A DNA stretch of 63,784 nucleotides, counting the filler, from Salisapilia sapeloensis CBS 127946 (taxonomy: Eukaryota > Protista > Oomycota): the NCBI GenBank assembly GCA_023334545.1. It is 4 parts of 4 records of this genome, joined end to end, with 100 filler letters (N's around TTAATTAATTAA, not from the genome) between each part and the next. Parts side by side here need not be neighbours in the genome. Positions count along the whole stretch, not along the records: positions 1 to 31,465 come from JAADVB010000218.1; positions 31,566 to 42,797 come from JAADVB010000433.1; 2 more parts are not named here. One strand, 5' to 3'. This document shows positions 23,478 to 34,800 of this stretch, one piece after another. Numbering within the stretch: position 1 is the first letter of the stretch; every line of letters starts with the position of its first letter. The translations under genes and the position numbers were made by a program. The notes below the pieces were generated by a model. The model was not told where the DNA came from and did not search any database. It was given only the letters and a program-made list of their open reading frames with translations.

Positions 23478-24289
23478 ATTTGGTTGAAAGCGGACAAACA
23501 TGAATTCATTTTCTCCGTGCTGAAAGAAACAATATACGAGAGCCCTGGCACTTTCGATACCTTTATCTTTGACTAGTAGCTTAGATGATCTAATTGTAAA
23601 TACGCTCGGACTTGTTGCTCATTGCGTACAGTTTCTAGTTATACACTGGTGTTGACGGAGACCATGATCAGCTTTCTCTTCTTGTCGCTAGTGCGACTGA
23701 CGTAGACTTGTGCTTTTGAAACGCGAGGCGATCGTATAAGAGTTCCTTCATGTCTTTAAACTTTTAAATGTAGAGTTTTATCTGAAAGGCTTGCACAAGA
23801 GCAGGATATGAAGCCATGAGCTGTGGAAACTTGGAATTTATTCAGCAACTTATTATTATTTGGCGATCGCGATGCCGACGCAAAGTTCGCCAGCTACTAT
23901 GTTTAGAAACTTGCGAGAGTAAAATCATGTGTGAACTATAACTGATCTTGAAAATATCCTCAAATAGAGTCAAATACAAGCTGTTGACCAACATCCACAT
24001 GAAGATCATGAGGCTACTTAAACGCGAGTACTGCATATAAGAAGCAAAATTTTACATTGCATTCTTAGGCGCTTATAAGTGTCGCGAAACTCCCTACTTT
24101 ATGAAAGCATTTATTAGTATAGAGTGAAAATGTAGAGCGACTATCAGCTTGTCAAGCCAAGATTTTCTTGGGGTGAAAACTTCGGTCTATTACATTACAT
24201 CATTATCTATCTAATGTGAGCACTAATAGCCATTGAGCGAAGCCTACTAGTGAAAGACAGGAACCTCATGTAACAAGTGAAAGCCTAAC

Positions 24290-24800
24290 TTATATGTTCT
24301 GATCTTAATTTTTGTAAACTAAGTGAACCGTAGCGATACCACTGTCTAGTTTCATCGGACAAGTGAGAGAGGATAGTGGACACATGGGATCGTAAAGACT
24401 GTCCAGAGATCTGGAAGCTGCACCTCGAGTCCATGGCAATGTTGGCTACCGAGTCAGCCATTTGATTGGATCGTCGAAGGTGATATGACCACGAACGAAC
24501 ACCTACAGACGCAGCCGACGCCCGGGCCTCTTTATGCAATGGTTGTAAATGAGATGCCTTGGGGTGATGTCTTTTCGCATTTGTTGTAAGATAATGGCAC
24601 TTTCACCAAATACATGAACCTATGTATTATAAGCAAGAGCTGATGAGCGAGTCTCGACCGACAAGCTATTTGGTAGCTAAATCGGCCGCTTATGAGCCAA
24701 GGTAGGCAAATTATACTATTTTGTTCTCATAAATCTTATCAGTGACGGGAGGCACTTAGTCTACGATCCCAGTCTGAGTTAGTATGTCCATAGTACTCTG
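24290..24800 (-). mobile_element. Degenerate retrotransposon RNase H remnant
   Basis: Frameshifted pieces VHVFGESAIILQQMRK...PRHL / LHKEARASAASVGVRSWSYHLRRSNQMADSVANIAMD match the RNase H pattern GDS...W-x-H-x-x-R-x-x-N-x-x-AD-x-LAN-x-AMD. Confidence 0.7.
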
Positions 24801-25831
24801 AACGTTACCGGAGAGCTCCATACGTATCCCTCAAAACATAAATTCATACTGAAAATCAGCCGGACCGGTAGTTAACAGCTCAATTAAACATTAAACTGCT
24901 AGAAGTATCTATCTCTTCATCTGGCTGAAATGGTCTCAACATTTGATGATATTTCCTGCAGGCAATATTGTCTAAAGTTTAATCGTATCTTGAGCTTACA
25001 ATGAAAGCATAGGAAAAATGTGTGCTGCCATGCAGCAATTAGTCGTCGATAGGGTTTGCAAAGTCGATGCTGATCTGTCTTACGGTTATTTTGTCACGCG
25101 GTAGTCTGTTCATCTCTTACAGCCATCGTAACCAAGCAGCAACGAACGGACCATCGTGCGTTCTTAAACACGATGGCAACGAATCTTCAGTCTTCGGACT
25201 ATGGAGACGTCGAGCAAACCACACACAATTTTCCAAAACAGTTGAGTCTACCTCCAGTGGGCCTGAAAGGCCGACATAGATAAAGATTGTAGCTTAATAC
25301 ATTTCATAGCCTTTACAGCAACAGCAAGAAACAAAAGGGATCTAGATAATTGCAAAGCGTTAGTAACAAACATCCTAGCTATAGATAACACAGCGCGATA
25401 TGTGCAGGTATTGCACTATCAACCTTAAATATAGGCATGTAAAACTAACTTGCAAGTGGTAGGAACGTGCTTTAGCTAGGTCGGAAAGAAAAGGCTTCAG
25501 ATTGTCGAAGCAACAAATTGAGTGAGGTAGACTATGCGCATACACCTTCAGCTGTGTGCATGTACGGCATTTTGTCAGCCAATTTGGAGGTAAATCGTAC
25601 CACTCGTGACAGCCATTGTAACCACATCTACAAGCAATACAACGTGAAAACGCAGTCCGAGATTGAACAAGCAAAATTATTTATTGTTTCGTAGGGTTCG
25701 TCTCGCTATCGCCTTCTTGGCTAACGCTCTCATTGTTTCAACAGCAGTACGATCATTTTTCCATGTAAAAGAGCGCTCCAACGTGACCAGTAATTGATCA
25801 GTCTGCAAGACTACTCCATCACTGAAGCAAT

Positions 25832-26647
25832 CTAGTTTCGCAGGCGGCGCTTCTTGGCGGCACAGCCAGTGGAAGGCGCTTCCGTAGCTGGAGCCTCCGT
25901 CGGGGCCGGTCCGGAGGTGTCGCCACCAGCGCTCGGGCTCGTCTCAAAGTCACTAGCAGGCGTCTCGGCAGCAGAAGCGGAAGCGTCGGCCGAAGCAGGA
26001 GCAGACGCTCCAGATCCGCCAGCAGCAGCACCACCAGCACCACCAGCACCACTGCCACCCTCAATGAGAGCACAGTTAATGTACGCCTGCCAGTCCGGTA
26101 CGTGCATCGCAAGCCAGATCGTCTGCAACATCTTCTTGCCCTCACACTTCGACTTGTCATACGGAAGCTTGGCGGGGCTGCCAGGGTAGTTCTTGGCGCA
26201 GTTGTCATCCTGGAAAGCGAGCTCATCGTCACACCAGATCTCACACGGACCTTCATGAGAAGCAGTGAGTTCAGTCCATTCAACCTCTTCTGGAAGAGGT
26301 TTCGGGCTGCCCTCCTCGCCGAAACCACACTCGAACGTGGCGCCGCTCTCAAGCTCGATGTTGTCCTTCACCATGTCACGCATCGTCTTGTACGAGCTCT
26401 GCTTGAAAGCAGCTTCGTAAGCAGCAACGTTCTGGGCGGATCCATAGTTGTAGCCTTCCGGCGTGATCGGGGCCGGGCCAAGAGCCTTGGGACCGTTAAC
26501 AATACCCATTGGGCTGTTGCTGCAGTAACCAGAAGAGCACGTCGGCTCCGGAAGGGTCTGCACAGCGTGGGCGTTGATGGTAGGCATCACAGCGGCTGTG
26601 GCAACGGCGGCGACGAGCAAGCCAGAGTAGGAAGAAGTAGAGACCAT
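25832..26647 (-). CDS. AA17-family lytic polysaccharide monooxygenase (secreted)
   Basis: Signal peptide ends at INA, leaving His1 (HAVQTLP). ECGF, second His in SHEGPCEIWCDD, WLAMH..WQAYINC with the axial Tyr, and an A/S/P/T-rich tail: the oomycete AA17 layout. Confidence 0.88.
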   Translation of the reverse strand: MVSTSSYSGLLVAAVATAAVMPTINAHAVQTLPEPTCSSGYCSNSPMGIVNGPKALGPAPITPEGYNYGSAQNVAAYEAAFKQSSYKTMRDMVKDNIELESGATFECGFGEEGSPKPLPEEVEWTELTASHEGPCEIWCDDELAFQDDNCAKNYPGSPAKLPYDKSKCEGKKMLQTIWLAMHVPDWQAYINCALIEGGSGAGGAGGAAAGGSGASAPASADASASAAETPASDFETSPSAGGDTSGPAPTEAPATEAPSTGCAAKKRRLRN

Positions 26648-26682
26648 TGTTGTTGTTGGAAGTGGCTTGTAAGTTTGCGAGC

Positions 26683-26698
26683 AAATTGGAAAGTGAGC
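26683..26698 (-). promoter_or_regulatory. Oomycete Inr+FPR core promoter of AA17
   Basis: GCTCACTTTCCAATTT, 36 nt upstream of the ATG at 26647. Confidence 0.75.
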
Positions 26699-28493
26699 TT
26701 TGGAAGTCTAGGCCCAGGAGGTGCAGCATTGTGATCGCAAGGCTGGCGCTCTGAAAACAGCTGTTTACACAGAAGGACACGTCGCTTCACGTTGCAGCCA
26801 ACCAAGCGACGTCCAAATCCGGTATCATCAGATACTTTAATTGGGATAGTGATTTTGTTTGCGCCGTCGATTTGGTAAAAACTTCGGACTGCTCCTCCCT
26901 AGGAAAGCTAGCATTGATCGCGATGCTATCGCCGTAGAACTGATGCTCGTTCGTGCGCTTGTCGATCATTAGCTTCCTGATAATGCATGCATAGACCTGT
27001 ATTAGCGCACCCTATGTTTCTAACGACGACGTAGCTCTACTGAGTGGGCTTTCAGCGTGATCTACTCGTAGATGATACATGGCCGAGAATTTTCGCTGTG
27101 GGTTATAGTAGCTGATAGATGAGAATCGCTGGGATTGTCGAGTGACTCGTCCATATAGCGCACGAGCGATCGGTTGGAATTGTTCTATAGGCTAGTTACC
27201 CGCCTGCGGATACAACATCGTGCCCTCGAAATATATTTGAGCCGGGCCTACTTTTGCTGTGCATAAATTACCATCTGAGCCTAAGAGATAGATTGCGATG
27301 TGAATTTCATGTATCGTTTCACATTTTGATCCTACCTGCCAGCACCTTGCGTGCCTTTGACATTATATTTGGCACATAAAAGGACTAACAGGTTATTCGG
27401 CTAGAGCTCGGATGCTTGGATGACATTGCTGTCTACTACTGCAAGAAAAAAAAGTTGTAGAATTATTGTTATGTGCACCTTTGTGAAGGCCATAGAAGAG
27501 GCTGAAAGATTACTCCGTTGCTGTATAGAAAAACTTCGCGCCCATGCCCAGTAAATACTAACAGTATGTCAAATCAAAGTTCGTTAGTTACAATTTGAGC
27601 TCGTGCTTTATACGAAATACCTGAACCCGGTCCAAAGGTATACTTGTCAATGTTAAAATCGCAAGTTGCAATATGAAGCTGTTTAAGTCAACCAGATCGC
27701 CAAAGAAAGCTTTCAAATGACCAAATGAAACGACCCTATTAGTCGTGCACATTCATTGTCATGGACTTCAAAGACATGAACTCGTACTTGCATCATTGGA
27801 TCACTTAATTTAATTTCAAGGCGACGTCTACATGGGCCTTGTTCTTTTCATCTCACCAACCGAACTTTACGCTTGGTTGAGAAATAAACTCAACTTACTT
27901 TTCGAGTCGCTATTAATGACCATACTCATCTCACTTGCTGATGCTTGACTCTTTTCAAAGAAATTGGACTGCCTTCAAATACGCATAAATAGTAGCTCTT
28001 CGGTGTAAATATGATTTTACATCTGTGGATTGTACTGGGAGCGTTCATTTTCCTTGGCGTATATGTCTTTTCAATGCTCTACAATCAACGAATTGACTCC
28101 TGGTGCTATAAGACGGAAGGCTAAAAGCAAATGCATGATGGTTTCGCATTAGACCATTATTATCGTAAACTGCATATTCATAGAAATAAAGACCTAGAAA
28201 TTGCGAATACTTCATTAGTTGGGCTAAAGAGTGCTTCCCGTTGTGTAGTATCGATTCGCAGAGGCGAATACGTCAAACCACTTTAGAAATAATACGGATA
28301 TTGGGATTATTAAAGGCGATATGCTCAGTTATAATGCGACTGAACTATAGTGGAAGGTATCTATAAAGCCTACCTACTCCTTTTGCGGTTATACAATTGG
28401 ATAGTAGGACATCCAAAGATTTATCTGATGAATCGGTACAAGCTTTCATACGTGCGGTTGTCGAACTAGCATGCTACAGATGAGCAATAAAAG

Positions 28494-29819
28494 TCAAAGT
28501 GAGAGAGCCCTGTCTGCATATGATTGATGAAACCAAAGTGTTGTGGAAGCAATCTTCCGAAATTCTCGTGTTAATTCAACCGACATTGAAAAGTATTTCG
28601 AGTTAGGGAGTAGCCAGAGGTTATTGCTTAATAAACTTCTAATCCTTTGCAACAATAACAACAAACTAGCCAGAGGACATATCCGGATGGATTATAATGC
28701 AGTACCCAGTCCAACAACAAGACCAAAAATCCAGTTACGCACAAAACTTTCCGTTGAGATTTTCATTTTGGTATGCGCTCCATCCTGAGCACCAAATTTT
28801 CTGAACGACATCACTTAGTTCGTTCCATGCTTTTTACCCTTTGACACTGCTCGTATGATATACATGGTCCATAAGTGGATGTCCGATACACGAAGGAAAA
28901 TACCAGAAGCACTTTCGGATATGTTATCAGAACCTGCCGTTATCCCAATCTGCTTTTCTTGATACATTAATGAACTACCTGAATCTCCTACGCATACACC
29001 TTTGTGAAATTTGTCTTGATATGAACGCCTACCTTTTTCAGCACAAAGATATATGGAATGGGTTGGTTCATGATGCCATTTCTGGCAAGTTTCTATATCT
29101 AAAAGCTTTACCCGAGTATGTTGCAATACATTTGGATCAGAATAGGGTACTGGCTTATCCTTTCCCAGCCATATACTTTCGTTAGCACCCCAACCGTATG
29201 CATCCGCTTGCGCTGCTCGTGAGTGTCTCCGTCTCTATGGCTGATCGTGAGGCGTATCGTATTTTACAAAGTGGCAGTACTCTTCGGATAGATGATGACG
29301 AAGCACAACTATGCCTGCATCATTATCGGGCACATAATCTTCAGTCTCTAATCTATGTTGTGGATGTATTTTGATTTCGCTCACTTTGATATGTTTGCCA
29401 GACTCAGTGCCGAGCCTGACATTCGTCCCAATGGAAACATAAAGATCTTTGTCGGGTATATAACCCGCATAGTTTCCATTTGAACTGATAACACCTCTGG
29501 CTATACAATGCGCTGCCGTCAAAACAAGTCTTTATATTAGAAGCGTTTCATCACAGACACTCATTCCGTCCTCTGCAGTGCGTATGCACACCATGAAAAG
29601 AGCCATTTCCCACTTGATGTCATTGCCTTAAATAATTCGGTTTTCATCGCCCTGTATCGAGATAAATTTGACTTTTTTGAGCACGTCCAAATCGATTTTT
29701 TTTTGATTTATCTCACTATTTATTCCATCCGTAGCTTGCAAAGTACAGAAGCGGAAAAACAGCTCGAGCCATAGGGTACCCGAAGTGGTATTATGATCTA
29801 GACGTCTGCTTTTCATCAT
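28494..29819 (-). pseudogene. S1 (trypsin/chymotrypsin-like) serine protease pseudogene
   Basis: Three track ORFs (29628-29819, 29235-29522, 28815-29126) lie in one frame: ENRII*GND...VCDETLLI*RLVLTAAHC...DNDAGIVVL...DQP*...AYGWG...GVCVGDSGSSL. Catalytic His, Asp and Ser are present. Confidence 0.85.
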
Positions 29820-31154
29820 TACTTGCTTTGACCTTTATAAACATATTTTAGAATTAAAGATAATCTACTTCTGAATATGATAAAAAAATCCAAGAGGCTC
29901 TCGTTTGAGCGTGCGGTGTATAACGCTTCTCGACTTTGATGATAGTCTTCTTCGTGTCCTGCTTGGTAAAGTTGTTGCTATGGGTTCGAGTTTTAATTAG
30001 TGTAGACCATACCTTGTACAGGTCCCAGATTGCAGATGACGATAGCATCGATCAGCATCGAGTACATGATCCATTTGAATAATAATTTGTCTATAAAAGG
30101 TGGTGTTGCTGCGTGTGAAACTAACGCATCCACCTTGGTACACGTTCCAGAGCTTGGTACCATGGTCATATCATCACACAAAGATATTGGAATCGCATGG
30201 TGCAATATCGGGCTATCAAATGCTGGGGGTGTCCTATGGAGTGCTTTGTTGTAAACAACGGTACCACTTGAAGATCTCTCGCGTCACTTCTTACCACTTA
30301 CTAAGTGGGATTTCGTACCAAGATCAAGAGTCTGATTCATCGAAATTCAAGCAATGCGAATTTTACATCCGCGATCTACTTTCAGCATGCGACTGAATCA
30401 ACTCTAGACTTGATTGATAAGGTAAATTCGATTCTAGCTAGAATTCCTATCAAGGACTTTAGTAGTTTATTTTATTAAATTTTATATGTTATTCTAGATT
30501 TTACTATACAATTCTTTATAGGATTGAAAACCGCTCACGAGCCACAGTTCTTGCAGTTTGGGTCGCCAGTTTCTATGAAGTGTATCCTGAATATCTAAAC
30601 TACGATTACATTAAGCAAAGTTGTGGTCGATATTAAGTATATTTGGTAATTTGAACAATCTTACAGCCTTTCAAATTTCTTCGAAGCCGTAAGTTTCGTG
30701 GGGAGCTACACTGGATGTGTTCATACGAGTAAGACATATATGAAAGGAATTGGCCTGATAATAATTACCAGTGTGTCTTCTATTCGAAGATTTAAAACAC
30801 TCTACACTCCAAGGTATATGGATGAGCGTACGCTTTACAGTATAGGCCGGCGGTACGAAGCTTGAATCGTCTTAATTCGGACTCAATGAATAGCCATATA
30901 GATTCTACTAATTTTTTGTGGTGATCCTGGTTATGGATCTGCAATCAGGCTATATGCCTGTTTACACGCAAATGCGTGCTGTATCATGAATGAAAACATA
31001 CTAGACAAGAATTGGAATGGCAAAACATTGGCATTTACGCATCATTCGTTACAAAAGATCAAAATCGCATCCTTAGCATCCAGCTAGATGCTATCCTGCT
31101 CGAAGACATGCCTCTTCACACAGTAATCACTTCCTTCAATGCAAAACAGCGAAA

Positions 31155-31465
31155 TTAGTTTCGAAGACGACGCTTCTTGGCGGCACAGCCAGTCGACGGC
31201 ATCTCCTCAGTAGGAGCCTCAGTGAGAGCTGGTCCCGAGGTGTCGCCACCAGCTTCCGGTGCCGTCTCGAAGTCACTAGCAGGAGCTTCAGACATAGCAG
31301 GCTCGTTAGCCTCGGCACCACCAGCAGCAGCACCACCAGAACCACCAGCACCACCAGCACCACTGCCACCCTCAATGAGAGCACAGTTAATGTACGCCTG
31401 CCAGTCCGGTACGTGCATCGCAAGCCAGATCGTCTGCAACATCTTCTTGCCCTCACACTTCGACT
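31155..31465 (-). CDS. Second AA17 LPMO copy, 3' part only (5' part lost in the gap)
   Basis: MLQTIWLAMHVPDWQAYINCALIEGG is identical to 25832-26647 (125 bp identical, 31341-31465); tail diverged; same CAAKKRRLRN end. Confidence 0.88.
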
Positions 31466-31565
31466 NNNNNNNNNNNNNNNNNNNNNNNNNNNNNNNNNNN
31501 NNNNNNNNNTTAATTAATTAANNNNNNNNNNNNNNNNNNNNNNNNNNNNNNNNNNNNNNNNNNNN
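31466..31565. other. Assembly spacer with six-frame stop linker
   Basis: N run, TTAATTAATTAA, N run; 100 nt in total. Confidence 0.97.
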
Positions 31566-31722
31566 GGCGGAACACTTCTTCGCGACTGCACTCTTCCACA
31601 GCTCCCTGGAGAGCATAGCCAGCGTTATTGACGAGAATGTCAATGGTTCCAGTCTTCTGGATGACCTCTTTGATCTTGCTCTCGATCTCGTCGTCACTCG
31701 CAGTGAAGTCGAATGCCATGGT
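31566..31722 (-). repeat. 5'-truncated inverted copy of the SDR gene (matches 42641-42797)
   Basis: 157-bp reverse-complement match with one mismatch. Upstream sequence is not homologous, so the TGxxxGxG motif is missing. Confidence 0.92.
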
Positions 31723-31828
31723 CCGGATGAACCAACAACAACCCCATGCAGCACGAGATCAAGACACAACCCAAGTCCAACATTTAAAAGAGAATTCACG
31801 TTGGTTCATACGTTCTACTTTCCAAATC

Positions 31829-34800
31829 TCAACTGCCAATTTTCTGAGGATTCGCGTGGTACGCTCTCAACAACGCCGGCGCATGTGGCACGACGAGCAA
31901 CCGACGCAGATCATCTGGCGACCCCTGGGTCGACTCTCCATACGTCTCCCACACTCTGGACGAAACGAGCATGCTAGAAATAGCGCCACCACTTCCAGGA
32001 TTTGCGCTAAGCACCGATAGGAATTTAGCTGCATATGCCTTCGTCTGAGAACTATCTCCCATCTTGGACTTTGGCACGAGCGACGACAGCAAGTTGAGAA
32101 GAGCAGCAGCCAACCTCGATTCCACCGCCTGCTCCGTGAACTCCGTTGCTGCTTGTGTATGTCTCTTGAGTGGAATCATATGCAGGCACAAGAGCAATTG
32201 CATCTCCGTCGGGTCTCCATGCCATACTTTCGGAAGGATGGTCGCAAGCGCCATTGGGTCCATGCCACGCACGAGCGTGTCGATGCACGCAGGTATCAAA
32301 CACAAATTCCCCAAGAACTGCAGCGTCTGTCTAGCCAACTGTCCTTCCGTCGACGCGTCTGTCTTGGCCAAGTTGTCATACACGATACCAAAGGCACTCT
32401 TGACAAACGGAGACACGGCCGTCGCGAGTGGATCGAGACATCGACCACTGAACGCCAGCATATGCAGACACTCGACACATCTCAATTGCAGCAGTGGAGC
32501 TGTTCCTGCAAAGGAGAATGCTTGCGGTTGAGCTTCATGGTCCAATACACCTAGCAACGTTATAACGCCGTGGGAAGACACGATCTCCGAGTCCATATCC
32601 GGCGCGAACTGAATCAAGTGGCGAATAGCCGTTGCTTCCGGGAGAAGTCGTTGGAGCAAGATGGATTCAAGCGCAGACGGTTGAGCGCGGACGATGTTCA
32701 GGTCCTGCGCAAGTGCAGTTAGCAGACCTTGGAGGACATGTACGCTGACGCCATTGGTTGTATTCACAGGCTGCGTGACCGTTCGGAATCCACGCATGAT
32801 TCCTAACGTCCTCGTCTCATTCGCATGACTATCGCCACTCGTAGGTGCATCTGCAATCTGAGATTTGATCTCTTCCTGCGGGTTTTCATTGAAGAAGTTT
32901 ACATAGATGCCAGCGACACAAAGCTCTTGCTTCTGCGCCTCGTACTCAAAGTCTTCGGGGAGTTCAAACACGTCGCCATTACGTTCACTCCGCTCCTTGT
33001 TCAAATGGTACTCGACAGCACGCGTCGCTAGTTCATACAATTCCGTCCGCATCGGCTGCGTCCACATGACATGCGGTTCACGAACGTCACTTGTGAAGAT
33101 CTGTAAGAATTTCTCTGGCCCGTCGGACTTTAAAATGTTCAGCAGTGGCCTCGTCAAGAGCTTTTCTATCGTGCTTTGCATGCGCTTCACGTAACTCGCA
33201 ATAATCTCTTCCTGTGCATTAGCTTCTAGTAGTCTCGCAAGGGCTCTCGCAGCTCCTTCGCACATGTGCTGGTCTCCATCATCTCGATTGAAATCGAATA
33301 GGAGCAACGTGAGGTACCATACGACTCCATGCTCAGCTAGCTGCAAGAGGAGAACCTCGGCCATCTCGCCTTCGCTGCCTGCCATCTCATAGAGCACTTG
33401 CAGCGACAAGTCCGTGGCAGACCGATCGTGGCGGTCGTACAGGAAGCGTGTGAGGCAAGGGAGGACATCAAGTGACTGTGTTGCAGCCGAGACGCGACCA
33501 GAGCTCTGGTTGAAGACGTGCACGAGTGTCTGGAGCACCCAGTGCGTCACGACTTGACAGTCAAAGCCTGGCAACAAGTACAGTGCGTCCTGGTTATAGA
33601 AAAGAAGTTGCAAGCAAGAACAAAGCACACGAACACCCAGACTGGATGCACTCGCGAGTGCATTCTCTTCCGAAAGAGATACCGCCAAGTCAATGACACG
33701 CACGGCACTCGCAAGAGCAATGACGAACGAACTCTTGTTGTTCAGAGCTTGACTAATGTCCCGTAGAGACCGTGAGTGGTCCACTGTCTGGTTTCTCGTC
33801 TCTGAAACGCACTTGTCTAGCGCTTCGAGGACGGTTGGAAGGAACTCAAAAGTCTGCATGCAAGAGGATTCTGGGAACCGACGCAGCAGCAACGCTGTCG
33901 CGTCCAATAGCTGGATAGCATCGTCCACACTCAGCAGCTTGGTCGTCAACCCTTCCGACATGTGGGCTCCCTTGGCTGTGAGCAGAGCCTCTGGGTGCAC
34001 CCACCGATGGACAGAGTCCATGAGTGCGTCCAAGAACGATTGCTCGTCATTGATCGGCCATCCTGGGAATCGTTTCTCATCTAGCAAGTTATGCAGGTAG
34101 TACTGATAGCACTGCAGCGCATGGACCTTGTCCGGATACTCGATGAGCGCAACGCATTCATCATGTCGAGCACTTTCGTCGTCTGAGATGTAGAAGATCC
34201 CTTGCTCATCCGTGTGCCTCGCCATGAACTTCTCAATGTACGCGACCATTTGCTTCCGCATCTGCGGATTCCACACAACCTCCGGGTTGTCAGAGTCCGA
34301 GAATAAGGCGTGTGCAAAGCGACGTGGCCCGTGTCGCAGCAACTGCGCTACCATGGACACTGGCAGCAAGCGTACGAGCCACGAGCGTAGACAGATGCGA
34401 GTCAGCGGATCGGGAGCAAAGACGCCCTTCTTATTCTCACCTCCTTGTCGATCGTCCAGTGCATGAGGTGTCTCTAGCTTAGACTGGCGCAAGTGGACGT
34501 GGGAAAGCAGTCTAGCCGCGACACTCATCTCTTCCGGGTCCTGCGCGAACCGTAGGAGGTAGTAGAAGAGTCCAGTGGCGTGTAGGAGAGGTATGATGCT
34601 CTCGTGATGACGCACGAGAAGTCTTATCAACCCCAGTGTCTTCCGGAAGACAAGGCGATTGGGACATTCAAGCAACGAGACGAGGAAGCGGAGCGTCTGT
34701 GGCTCACACAGCCTACGTTTGATGTCACTCACAGGAGACACAGCAGCACCTTCAAAGTGTGTGAGTCGACCGTACTTTGGGAACCGTACATCCTGATGCA

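Noticed and set aside
25832-25850. RxLR effector motif (RRLR) in AA17
   Set aside because: It lies at the extreme C-terminus, not after the signal peptide, and there is no dEER.
31510-31521. TTAATTAATTAA as a biological palindrome, and ORFs reading through X runs
   Set aside because: It occurs three times, centred in N runs; it is an artificial six-frame stop linker.
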